Shown here: piece after piece, positions 9,506 through 18,532 of the stretch
Layout: every line of letters begins with the position of its first letter
How positions within the stretch are numbered: position 1 is the first letter of the stretch
Source of the DNA: Candidatus Multivoradales bacterium
GTDB taxonomy: Bacteria; Acidobacteriota; Thermoanaerobaculia; Multivoradales; Multivoraceae
DNA: 64,000 nucleotides
Direction of reading: 5' to 3'
NCBI GenBank assembly: GCA_965223325.1
Contig: CBDCWI010000002.1
Location: 2,752,001 to 2,816,000 of the forward strand
Program-made: the position numbers and the translations under genes
The notes under the pieces: model-generated
Told to the model about the DNA's origin: nothing
What the model saw: only the letters and a program-made list of their open reading frames with translations
Database searches by the model: none

Positions 9506-12500
9506 ATGCGTACTCTCACTCCCCTCTCTCTTGCCCTGCTCCTACTCACTGCAACGGGCACCTGGGCCGCCGAACCAGCCACCAAACTACTCCGCTTCCC
9601 GGACATTGCCGGAGATCAACTGGTGTTCTCGTATGCCGGCGACCTGTGGAAGGCCTCGACCGCGGGGGGAACCGCGGTGCGGCTCACGGCACATCCTGGA
9701 GTCGAGCTGTTTGCGAAGTTCTCTCCCGACGGCCAGTGGATTGCGTTCACCGGCCAGTACGACGGCGATGAACAGGTCTACGTCATTCCCGCCGCTGGAG
9801 GTGCCCCAGTGCAGCTCACCTTCTACCCGGCACGCGGGCCGCTACCTCCCCGTTGGGGCTACGACAACCAGGTCTATGGCTGGACTCCGGACGGTAAGAG
9901 CGTTCTCTTCCGCTCGCTTCGTGACGCCGACGGCATCCGCGCCAACTCCAACCTCTACACCGTTTCGGCTGAAGGCGGTCTGCCGGTCAGGCTGCCAATG
10001 CCCGACTCGGGCGCAGGCGCCTTTTCACCGGACGGCAAGAGCGTTGTGTACTCGCCGCTTTCGCGCGACTTTCGTACCTGGAAGCGCTATGAAGGCGGTT
10101 GGGCACAAGACCTCTACACGTTTGACCTCGACAGTTTCGAGATCACACCAATCGCCCATCATGTACGCACCGAGCGTGACCCGATGTGGGTAGGCAACGC
10201 CATCTACTTCGTTTCCGATCGCGACGACACCCTCAATCTGTACCGCTCGAGCGAGGACGGCGAAACGGTCGAGCAGCTGACGACCAACGACGAATGGGAC
10301 GTGCGGTGGGCAAGTGCTGATCCCGACGGCCAGATCGTCTACGAGCAGGGAGGCGAGCTGGCGATCTACGACACGCGCTCGGGCAAGATCACACAGCCGT
10401 CGATCTTCGTGCCCAATGACGGCCTCGCGGCGCGACCCAAGCGACAGTCGGCTGCCGAACAGCTCGAAGACTGGGAGCTTTCACCGGCAGGCGAACGGGC
10501 GCTCTTCGTCGCCCGCGGCGACATCTTCACCGCACCGATCGAAAGCGGGCCGACGCGCAATCTCACGCGCTCCTCTACGGCACATGACAAGCACGCGCGT
10601 TGGTCGCCCGACGGTCGCTGGATTGCCTTCGTTTCCGACATGCACGAAGAGGAGCAGCTCTACATCGTTCCTCAGGCCGGTGGTGTCGTCCAACGCCTGA
10701 CGGAGTTCACGCCCGAGACCGGCATGCTGTTCGCACCGCAGTGGTCACCCGACAGCAAGCACCTGGCAATCACCGACAAGAACGGCAAGCTCTACGTCGT
10801 GGCAGTCGACGGTAAGACTCAAATCGAAGTCGCCGACGAAGAGTACGGCCTGATCAACGACCAGAGCTGGTCACCGGATAGCAGGTGGCTGGCCTTTTCG
10901 CTCAACGAGCGTAACGGCAACAGCTCGCTCCACATCTGGAGTGCCAAAGAAGGAACAACGCGCCGCATCACCAGCGACCTCTGGAACGAATATGGCCCGG
11001 AGTGGGGCCCTCTAGGCAACTACCTCTTCTACATGTCCGAGCGCCAGTTCGCGCCGCAGATCTCGCAGGTCGAGTGGAACTTCGCCGGCAACCGCATGAC
11101 CGGCATCTTCGCGCTCGCCCTCACCAAAGACACCGAGCATCCGTTCCCTCCCAAGAGCGACGAAGTCGAGATCGCCGAGGAATCAGACGAGGGCGAGGGT
11201 CAAGAAGACGAGGGCGATGACGAGGGCGATGACGAGGAGTCAGGAGATGGCGACGGCACGTCCGGCGAAGCCGACGTCGACATCGACTTCGATGGCCTCG
11301 CCGAACGTGTTGCGCAGGTGCCGATTGCCGCCGACAACATCGCAACCTTCGTGCCGCTCGACGGAAAGCTGCTCTACATGTTGGTCGGCGAGCCCTACTA
11401 CGGGCGCTCGAGCACCTCACAACCGTCACTGCATCTCTTCGACTACGAAGAGCGCGAGAGCAGCGAGCTCGCCGGCGGTGTCAGCGGCTGGGCGCTCTCA
11501 CCGAACGGTTCGAAGGTTCTGGCGCGTCATGGCAGCTCGTTCAAGGTCTACGACACCAAACCGGGCGATAGCGGAAAGCCCGTATCGACGAGCGGTCTCG
11601 AGGTCGACATCGTGCCTGCCGACGAATGGGCCACCATCTTCGACGAGGTCTGGCGCCGCTTCCGCGACTTCTTCTACGTCGACAACATGCACGGCTACGA
11701 CTGGCAGGGAATCGGCGAGCGCTACCAGACGCTGCTCGCCCACGTCGGCCACCGCTCCGACCTCAACTACGTCATTGGCGAGATGATCGCCGAGCTGAAC
11801 GTCGGCCATGCCTACATCGCCGGCGGCGACTTCGACCTGCCCGAACGGCCAACCGTCGCCCTCCCGGGAGCGCGCTTTATCCTCGACGAGAAGAGCAACC
11901 GCTTCAAGATCGCCGAGATCATGACCGGGCACAACGCCGAGTCGAGGTATCGGGCGCCGCTCACCGAGGTCGGTGTCGACGCCCGTGTCGGTGACTATCT
12001 GCTGGCGATCGATGGCACCGAGCTTGACGGTTCTGACAACCCCTATCGACTCCTGCGCTACAAAACCGATCCCGTCACTCTCACCCTCGCAGCGGCGTCT
12101 GACGCCCCAAGAGACGACCGGAGAGAGGTCACCTTCCAGCCGGTAACGAGCGAAGCGAGCCTCCTCTACCTCAGTCAGGTCGAAGCCAACCGCCGTTGGG
12201 TCGACAAGGAGAGCGGTGGCCGGGTGGGGTACCTCCACATCCCCGACATGGGAGCGAGCGGCGCCTACGAGTTCGTCAAGTGGTACTACCCTCAGATCCG
12301 CAAGGAAGGGCTCGTCGTCGACGTGCGATCGAACGGCGGCGGCAACATCTCGCAGTGGCTCATCGAGCGGCTCGATTCGAAGCTCCTCGGAACCCGCTTC
12401 AGCTTCTCGAACGACACCGCGTCGACCTACCCCAACACCGTCTTTCACGGCCACATGGTGTGCCTGATCAACGAAACCTCGGCCTCAGACGGTGACATCT

Positions 12501-12832
12501 TCCCGTCGCGCTTCCGCGAGGCCGGCCTTGGGCCGCTGATCGGAAAACGCAGCTGGGGCGGTGTCGTTGGGATCTCGAGCTTCGGCCCGCTGCTCGACGG
12601 TGGTTCGGTCTTCGTTCCGCTGGCCTCGACCAACGACACCGAAGGCAACTACATCATCGAGGGCTACGGCGTCGATCCCGACATCGAAGTCTGGAACGAC
12701 CCTGCCTCGGTCATCGCCGGCCGCGACCCGCAACTGGAACGCGGTCTCTCCGAAGTCATGACGGCGATGGAACGCGAACCAAAGAAGTTGCCCGAGCGCC
12801 CAGCCGACCCCGTCAAGACCAAAACGCCCTGA
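9506..12832 (+). CDS. Tricorn-like protease (S41B family)
   Basis: LRFPDI, beta-propeller SPDG repeats, PDZ region, GYLHIPDM, DVRSNGGG, SASDGD, GKRSWGGVVG, GVDPDIEV. Confidence 0.95.
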   Translation: MRTLTPLSLALLLLTATGTWAAEPATKLLRFPDIAGDQLVFSYAGDLWKASTAGGTAVRLTAHPGVELFAKFSPDGQWIAFTGQYDGDEQVYVIPAAGGAPVQLTFYPARGPLPPRWGYDNQVYGWTPDGKSVLFRSLRDADGIRANSNLYTVSAEGGLPVRLPMPDSGAGAFSPDGKSVVYSPLSRDFRTWKRYEGGWAQDLYTFDLDSFEITPIAHHVRTERDPMWVGNAIYFVSDRDDTLNLYRSSEDGETVEQLTTNDEWDVRWASADPDGQIVYEQGGELAIYDTRSGKITQPSIFVPNDGLAARPKRQSAAEQLEDWELSPAGERALFVARGDIFTAPIESGPTRNLTRSSTAHDKHARWSPDGRWIAFVSDMHEEEQLYIVPQAGGVVQRLTEFTPETGMLFAPQWSPDSKHLAITDKNGKLYVVAVDGKTQIEVADEEYGLINDQSWSPDSRWLAFSLNERNGNSSLHIWSAKEGTTRRITSDLWNEYGPEWGPLGNYLFYMSERQFAPQISQVEWNFAGNRMTGIFALALTKDTEHPFPPKSDEVEIAEESDEGEGQEDEGDDEGDDEESGDGDGTSGEADVDIDFDGLAERVAQVPIAADNIATFVPLDGKLLYMLVGEPYYGRSSTSQPSLHLFDYEERESSELAGGVSGWALSPNGSKVLARHGSSFKVYDTKPGDSGKPVSTSGLEVDIVPADEWATIFDEVWRRFRDFFYVDNMHGYDWQGIGERYQTLLAHVGHRSDLNYVIGEMIAELNVGHAYIAGGDFDLPERPTVALPGARFILDEKSNRFKIAEIMTGHNAESRYRAPLTEVGVDARVGDYLLAIDGTELDGSDNPYRLLRYKTDPVTLTLAAASDAPRDDRREVTFQPVTSEASLLYLSQVEANRRWVDKESGGRVGYLHIPDMGASGAYEFVKWYYPQIRKEGLVVDVRSNGGGNISQWLIERLDSKLLGTRFSFSNDTASTYPNTVFHGHMVCLINETSASDGDIFPSRFREAGLGPLIGKRSWGGVVGISSFGPLLDGGSVFVPLASTNDTEGNYIIEGYGVDPDIEVWNDPASVIAGRDPQLERGLSEVMTAMEREPKKLPERPADPVKTKTP

Positions 12833-12871
12833 GCCCCGACGGGCTCGGGCCGTGCCGAGGAATCTCGAGAG

Positions 12872-13558
12872 ATGCTGAACCAACTCGCCAAGAACATCTG
12901 GGAGTGTCCACAGGCCCTCCGGTTCGTAGGAGCCGAGATTGGCTGCCGCATGACCTGCGTTCGCCTGCAGTCTGGTGATGTCGTGGTGCACTCCCCCATC
13001 CGGGGAAGCGAACCCCTCTACGCCGAGGTCGAGAAACTAGGCAGGGTTCGGTGGCTCGTCGCGCCCAACGCCTTCCACCACCTCTTCGTCAAGGCGTGGT
13101 GGGAGCGCTTTCCTGAAGCCACCGCGCTCGTCGCACCCAAGCTGCACAAGAAGCGCCCGGACCTCGCCAACGCACCGACCCTGGCAGACATCCCATCGAC
13201 ATGGGGAGACGAACTCCAAGCGATCGCGATCGCGGGCCTACCGACCATCGACGAGCACGTCTTCTTTCACCGCCCCTCCGCCACCCTGATCCTCACAGAT
13301 CTCGCTTTCCACTTCGGCCGTGACAGCCCGTTCCTGACCCGCTGGATGATTCGACTAACCGGAAGGCTCGGCAAGCTCGCTCCAACACTGCTCGAACGAC
13401 TGCTGGTAAGAAACCGCAAGCAGTTCAAGGCGTCTCTAGAGCAAGTCCTCGAGTGGCCATTCGAGAGGGTCGTGGTTTCTCACGGCGAGATTCTCGAGAG
13501 CAAAACGGCCCGCGATGCCCTGGCCGAAGGCTACGACTGGCTGGGAGTTGCAACCTGA
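12872..13558 (+). CDS. DUF4336-like MBL-fold protein
   Basis: RMTCVRL, HSPI, VAPNAFHHLF, FFHRPSATLILTD, WPFERVVVSHG. Confidence 0.8.
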   Translation: MLNQLAKNIWECPQALRFVGAEIGCRMTCVRLQSGDVVVHSPIRGSEPLYAEVEKLGRVRWLVAPNAFHHLFVKAWWERFPEATALVAPKLHKKRPDLANAPTLADIPSTWGDELQAIAIAGLPTIDEHVFFHRPSATLILTDLAFHFGRDSPFLTRWMIRLTGRLGKLAPTLLERLLVRNRKQFKASLEQVLEWPFERVVVSHGEILESKTARDALAEGYDWLGVAT

Positions 13559-13694
13559 CTGACTTCGGCGCGCACCGAAACGAGGTTGCAAGCTGGCGAA
13601 GCTCTCGGAGACCAACCCCCGGAGAGAGGAAGGGGACCGGAGAATCGAATAGACGAGGACCCGCAACCGCCAGAGCGCCTGCACAAACCAGACA

Positions 13695-14078
13695 ACGGTG
13701 CCACGCACTCGCACCTCCGGCGCGAGCCCGCGCCACCTCACGAGTCCGCAAGCCCGCGAGTCTCCCGAAGGCCCGAGCCATCGAAGACGCAAACGACCCG
13801 CAGGGCAAGGCAAAGGGATTCGTTGCCGAGACTGCACGCCGAAGGCGTAAAGTCGAATCAGCCGTAGATTCCACCGCCGCCTGCCGCAGCGGTTTCAAAC
13901 GACGGTGGCACGCACTCGCACCTACGGCGCGAGCCCGCACCACCTCACCATCCGCGAGTCCGCAAGCCCGCGAGTCTCCCGAAGGCCCGAGCCATCGAAG
14001 ACGCAAACGACCCGCAGGGCAAGGCAAAGGGATTCGTTGCCGAGACTACACGCCGAAGGCGTGAAGTCGAGTCAGCCG
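13695..14078. repeat. Two-copy ~170-177 bp direct repeat
   Basis: 13695-13864 and 13902-14078 are nearly identical (few substitutions, one ~7-nt indel). Confidence 0.9.
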
Positions 14079-14266
14079 GAGAATCCCATTGGGGATTCAT
14101 CGGGCGGAGCCCAAGCCGAGAGTCCGCTACGGCAACAACAACGTAGGCGCCGAAGAGGACTACGTCTCGAACCCGTACAGCCGGGATTCGTTGCCGAGAC
14201 TACACGCCGAAGGCGTGAAGTCGAGTCAGCCGGAGAATCCCATTGGGGATTCATCGGGCGGAGCCC
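13815..14266. repeat. tRNA-Glu-linked palindromic repeat: two identical 84-bp copies plus one diverged partial copy
   Basis: 14029-14112 identical to 14183-14266; diverged copy 13815-13872; each folds into a GGGATTC/GAATCCC-closed hairpin with a C(TTCG)G loop on the minus strand. Confidence 0.9.
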
Positions 14267-14268
14267 GA

Positions 14269-14346
14269 TGGTATCCCCAACGGGATTCGAACCCGTGTCG
14301 CCAGCTTGAAAGGCTGGTGTCCTAGACCTGGCTAGACGATGGGGAC
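14269..14346 (-). tRNA. tRNA-Glu (TTC)
   Basis: GTCCCCATCGTCTAGCCAGGTCTAGGACACCAGCCTTTCAAGCTGGCGACACGGGTTCGAATCCCGTTGGGGATACCA; cloverleaf with encoded CCA. Confidence 0.96.
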
Positions 14347-14414
14347 ATTGGTATCGGACAAACGGCCGCCACTCTTCCTAGAAAGAAAGACTACCGGTAG
14401 AGGTAGGCGGCTCG

Positions 14415-14487
14415 TGGGCCGTGAGGGGATCGAACCCCCGACCCGCGGATTAAAAGTCCGCCGCTCTACCAACTGAGCTAACGGCCC
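14415..14487 (-). tRNA. tRNA-Lys (TTT)
   Basis: GGGCCGTTAGCTCAGTTGGTAGAGCGGCGGACTTTTAATCCGCGGGTCGGGGGTTCGATCCCCTCACGGCCCA; CCA not encoded. Confidence 0.96.
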
Positions 14488-14500
14488 GGCGGGCATTATA
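14488..14500 (-). promoter_or_regulatory. sigma70 -10 box (TATAAT) and GC-rich discriminator of the tRNA-Lys/Glu operon
   Basis: Perfect TATAAT at 14500-14495, then GCCCGCC directly before tRNA-Lys position 1. Confidence 0.65.
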
Positions 14501-14581
14501 GCGATTCGATCGCTCGCCGGAAGGCCCTTCCAACACGGAGAAGAACGAAGAGAATTCCGCTCCATGACGTAAGGTCCCTCC

Positions 14582-15472
14582 ATGGCACTCCGCAGGATCC
14601 TGCGCAAGACTCCGGCGCATGTGACCACGGCCCACATCTACGAGATCCCAGCGCATCTCCTAGGTCAACCGCTGGCTTCGGTGTGGCGCCGCAGCGTCGC
14701 CATCGCCGTCGACTTCGTCTCAGCGGTCGTCATCGCCACACCGATCCTGTTGTTGCTCGCGCTTCTAGCAATTCGCATTCAAGCACCCGCCGCAGCCGAA
14801 GCACTGCGCGCGGCGTTCTCGTTCACCACCAGCGACGACAATACGTCGACCCCAGAAGAAGGCACCGCGCAGAACGAGCAGCTGGCCAGCGACTGGGAGA
14901 TCGAGCTCCTCCAGCTGGTCGCTAAGCGACGGCCCGACCTGCTCTCTGAAGACATCACGCTCGCCCTGGCCTCCAACGACCGGGCGGCCTTCGCCCGCGC
15001 CACCGAGGGTCTGAGCTTGCAGTTCGACCTCGGAGCGGAGCCCGACTCACGCTTCGACGCATCCAGCAACACCCTCAACCTGCGGCGCGACGTTCTCTAC
15101 GGACCGTTCGCCTCGACCTTCAGCTACTTCGTTCTGGTGCTCGCCTACTTCACCCTCCTGACCCGAATCGGCCGGGGGTGGACGCTGGGAAAGTGGCTGG
15201 CTGGCATTCGCGTCGTTCGGCTCGACGGCAAGGCTTGGACGTTGTGGTCTTCGTTCGGGCGTGCGGGTGGCTATGGTGCCAGCCTCTCGACCTTTGGCCT
15301 CGGGTTCCTCCAGGCCTTGTGGAACCGCAACCGCCAGGCGCTTCACGATCGCATCGCCGAAACCGTCGTCGTCCGAGCGCAGCGCCTGGGTAGACACAGA
15401 AGGCGGACGGCACCAGAGAACGAAACCGCGAAGCGAAAAGAAAGCGATACCGAAGTTCCCGAAGGCGCCTGA
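14582..15472 (+). CDS. RDD family membrane protein
   Basis: LASVWRRSVAIAVD, TLGKWLAGIRVV, RQALHDRIAETVVV. Confidence 0.88.
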   Translation: MALRRILRKTPAHVTTAHIYEIPAHLLGQPLASVWRRSVAIAVDFVSAVVIATPILLLLALLAIRIQAPAAAEALRAAFSFTTSDDNTSTPEEGTAQNEQLASDWEIELLQLVAKRRPDLLSEDITLALASNDRAAFARATEGLSLQFDLGAEPDSRFDASSNTLNLRRDVLYGPFASTFSYFVLVLAYFTLLTRIGRGWTLGKWLAGIRVVRLDGKAWTLWSSFGRAGGYGASLSTFGLGFLQALWNRNRQALHDRIAETVVVRAQRLGRHRRRTAPENETAKRKESDTEVPEGA

Positions 15473-15515
15473 CGCGCTAGGGTGGTCGTTCCCGTAGACC
15501 TCAGGAAACGACTCG

Positions 15516-18500
15516 GTGACCAACGACGAGAAGGAAAGAGCGGCCTCAACGGGTTATCGCGACCCGCGCGCCCGCGAGGGTGGCCTAGCCCTGGCGGGCC
15601 TCTTGGGGCTTTCTGTCTTGCAGCCACTGTTCGGGTTGCTGGCGAAGAACCCGGGGTTCTTGACAGCGCACCAACTTCTCGAAGGGCGGCTGATTGGCTT
15701 CGCTCTGTTCATTGGTCTGGGGGTACCGGCCCTTCTTGGCGCGGCCTATCTGACCCTTCGCCGGCTTCCGCCGCGCCTTCTCCTCGCCCACGGCGTCGCA
15801 GCAGTGCTCTTTGGCGTCATGGGCGCCGCGTTCGCCCTTCAGATCATCAAGCGCACGAGCCTCGACCCCAGCCTCACGGTCGGACTTGCCATGCTGCTCG
15901 GTCTCGCTGCGGCGGTTGGTTTCTGGCGCATCGCCGAACTGCGCCAGTTCGCCGGCCTGCTGGCGCTCGGGCTTCTGGTCTACCCACTGGTCTTCCTGCT
16001 CAACAAAGACATCAAGCCGCTCCTTAGAGCAGCACCCGCCCAGGATGCCGATCTCGAGGACACCCTCTCGCCCGAGGTTCCGAAGGTGCCGATTGTGCTC
16101 GTGGTCCTGGACGAGCTACCCGTCAACACCTTGATGACGGTTGACGAAGAGATCGACACCAAGCGCTTCCCCGGCTTCGCCAGACTCGCTCGTTCCTCGA
16201 CGTGGTATCGCAGAGCCACGGCAGCCGCAGAGTCGACCGCCAAGGCGATACCTGGAATCGTGACCGGAAATCTGCCCAGGCTCGACAGTGAGCCGGTCCT
16301 CGCTGAGTATCCGGACAATCTCTTCCGTTGGCTGGGCGCGAATGGCTACGAACTCGTCGTGACGCAGAATCACACGCTGCTCTGCCCGCGGCGTATGTGC
16401 GAAAAGAACCGAACCTCCGCTCCAGCTCCAGCCGGGTCACTGTTCTCCGACCTGGCGGTGCTCTACGGCTACGTGCTGGCGCCGGCGGCGTGGGTCGATC
16501 GCCTGCCAGCTGTCGATCAAACGTGGAGCGGGTTTCGAAGTGCCCGCACTCGAGCGGCAAGTGACACCGGCCCTCCGGCCCACTCCGTACCGAAGACCTT
16601 CGAGCGCTTTCTGGCGCAGATTTCCACCGAGACTCGGCAAAGTCTCTACTACCTGCATCTTGGTGTGCCTCATGTTCCGTGGAAGTACCTGCCATCGGGC
16701 CGCGAGTACGGGCCACTCGGCAAACCCGTCACGCCGCTCGGCTTTTCTCCGCCTCGCTGGGGAAGCGACGAATGGGTCACTACCGTCGCCTGGCAGCGTC
16801 ACGTTCTTCAAACCCAGTACACCGACCGTCTGCTCTCGCGGCTGCTCGACGATCTGGAGGCAAGGGGTCTGTGGTCAGAGGCGCTTCTGATCGTCACCGC
16901 CGATCACGGCACCAGCTTCCGGCCCAACCTTGGTCGCCGGGTCATCGAGCAACCGCCGGGTGCTGGCAAGCCGAAGAATCCGCGACACATCGTCTACGAA
17001 AATCTCGAGGACATTCTCGAGGTTCCGCTGTTTATCAAGCGGCCGGGGCAGGACGCGGGGGCGGTCTCTGACTATCCGAGCTCGACTCTCGACATCGTGG
17101 CCACGGTCGCCGATGTCCTCGGCGTCGAGGTGCCCTGGCCAACCGGCGGCACTGCGTTGTCTGCTGAACAACCTTGGGGTGAACGAACGCGCTACTACCA
17201 CACCGGAACTGGCGGTCTCGGAACGCTCGAGATCACGACCGACAACGAACGCCGACGCGCAGCCCTCGAACGCAAAGAGCGACTGCTGGGCTCCGGAGAT
17301 GACTCGTTGTTCGAGATCTCGCCGCACAAGAACCTGCTTGGTGCACCCGTTGCGCCGCTCGTTCAGGGCGAGGCCATACCGGGGCTCGGCTACGAGCTCG
17401 CCGACGCGTGGCTCTACGACAACATCGATCTCGACGCACACTTTCTACCGGCCCACGTCTTCGCCACACTCACCGGGCCAGAAGACACTCTCCTCGAGGT
17501 ACAGGACCAGTGGTTCGCCGTCGCGCTAGGAGGAGTGGTAAGGGCTGTGACCCGACCCATCTTGAGTGCGCGCGCGCTTCGACTGTCGGCGCTACTTCCT
17601 GAAGCGGTCTGGAAAGCGGGCTCTAACGAAGTCTCGATCTATCAGCTCGTGGGAGGCAACGCCCTCCGGCCCCTCTCTTCCGAGGGCCCGCAGCAGCCGG
17701 TTCAGCTCGTGGTTCTCGGTGACACCGTGCAGGCCCTCGAAGTCGCGCCTGGAAACCGTGTGCCGGTCGACCGTAACTCGGTCACCGGCTTGATTCGACT
17801 GCTCGACGATCGCATCGACGGTTCCGCTACCCGGCCCACCGACGGCCGTGCCTACGACGAGCTCTTCCTCTTTCGCGGCCCGGAGCTCCTCTATCGCGGA
17901 GTCGCCCATCGTCAGCAAGGCCCGGACGGCGACCAGGTCGGCAACTTCCGCCTCGAGATGTCGACCGAGCTGCTGGCCGAGAGAAGCAACCTGCGAGTGT
18001 TCGCTCGCGTCGGAGACGTTGCCAGCGAACTCCGGCGGTTCGGCGAAGGCCCGGCGAAGTTCTCCCTTCTGCCAGCTCGAGCAGGCAGGAACGACCGCGA
18101 CCGGGTCCAGCTCGAGTTGCCCGACCACACGATCATTCCCACCGCGCCTCGCAGGATCGTCGGCAACGTCGATCGCATCGCGGTCGAGGAGGAGGTTCTG
18201 GTCTTCGAGGGTTGGGCGCTCTATCGCACCGGCGACGAACCACCCCGGGAGTTCCGGCCCAGTGGCCTGGCGCTCCTCGTCAACGAGGTCGGGTACACCG
18301 GCGACTACCAGTCGCGTTCCTCTCCTACCGCCGAACGCGCGGAAGCCTTCCGAATCGAGCTGCCGCTCGACCGACTCGACCGGGAAGGCTTCTGGATCCG
18401 GCTCTTTGCGGTCACCCATGACGGCCAGGCAGGAGAACTCAAGCATCACGGCCGCCGCCTCACTCTGGTCGCGCGCGAGGCGGTGGGCTGGGGAGAGCCG

Positions 18501-18518
18501 GAGGCAGCCGCAGACTAG
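15516..18518 (+). CDS. Membrane-anchored sulfatase/alkaline-phosphatase superfamily protein (LTA synthase-like)
   Basis: Five N-terminal TM helices, IVLVVLDE, Thr nucleophile region (ESTAKAIP), HLGVPHVPW, IVTADHG, VPLFIK, STLDIVATV. Confidence 0.8.
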   Translation: MTNDEKERAASTGYRDPRAREGGLALAGLLGLSVLQPLFGLLAKNPGFLTAHQLLEGRLIGFALFIGLGVPALLGAAYLTLRRLPPRLLLAHGVAAVLFGVMGAAFALQIIKRTSLDPSLTVGLAMLLGLAAAVGFWRIAELRQFAGLLALGLLVYPLVFLLNKDIKPLLRAAPAQDADLEDTLSPEVPKVPIVLVVLDELPVNTLMTVDEEIDTKRFPGFARLARSSTWYRRATAAAESTAKAIPGIVTGNLPRLDSEPVLAEYPDNLFRWLGANGYELVVTQNHTLLCPRRMCEKNRTSAPAPAGSLFSDLAVLYGYVLAPAAWVDRLPAVDQTWSGFRSARTRAASDTGPPAHSVPKTFERFLAQISTETRQSLYYLHLGVPHVPWKYLPSGREYGPLGKPVTPLGFSPPRWGSDEWVTTVAWQRHVLQTQYTDRLLSRLLDDLEARGLWSEALLIVTADHGTSFRPNLGRRVIEQPPGAGKPKNPRHIVYENLEDILEVPLFIKRPGQDAGAVSDYPSSTLDIVATVADVLGVEVPWPTGGTALSAEQPWGERTRYYHTGTGGLGTLEITTDNERRRAALERKERLLGSGDDSLFEISPHKNLLGAPVAPLVQGEAIPGLGYELADAWLYDNIDLDAHFLPAHVFATLTGPEDTLLEVQDQWFAVALGGVVRAVTRPILSARALRLSALLPEAVWKAGSNEVSIYQLVGGNALRPLSSEGPQQPVQLVVLGDTVQALEVAPGNRVPVDRNSVTGLIRLLDDRIDGSATRPTDGRAYDELFLFRGPELLYRGVAHRQQGPDGDQVGNFRLEMSTELLAERSNLRVFARVGDVASELRRFGEGPAKFSLLPARAGRNDRDRVQLELPDHTIIPTAPRRIVGNVDRIAVEEEVLVFEGWALYRTGDEPPREFRPSGLALLVNEVGYTGDYQSRSSPTAERAEAFRIELPLDRLDREGFWIRLFAVTHDGQAGELKHHGRRLTLVAREAVGWGEPEAAAD

Positions 18519-18532
18519 CGACCGTGAAGCAG

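Noticed and set aside
11160-11290. GAC/GAG-rich repeat-like stretch
   Set aside because: Encodes the acidic linker of the tricorn-like protease; not an independent element.
13695-14266. CRISPR array
   Set aside because: Repeats are 84 and ~170 bp with only 2-3 copies and unequal spacers, they are tRNA-derived, and no cas genes are in the window.
13425-14325. Several overlapping ORFs with repeated peptides
   Set aside because: They are translations of the non-coding repeats and tRNA; low-complexity Arg/Ala/Pro content and no protein motifs.
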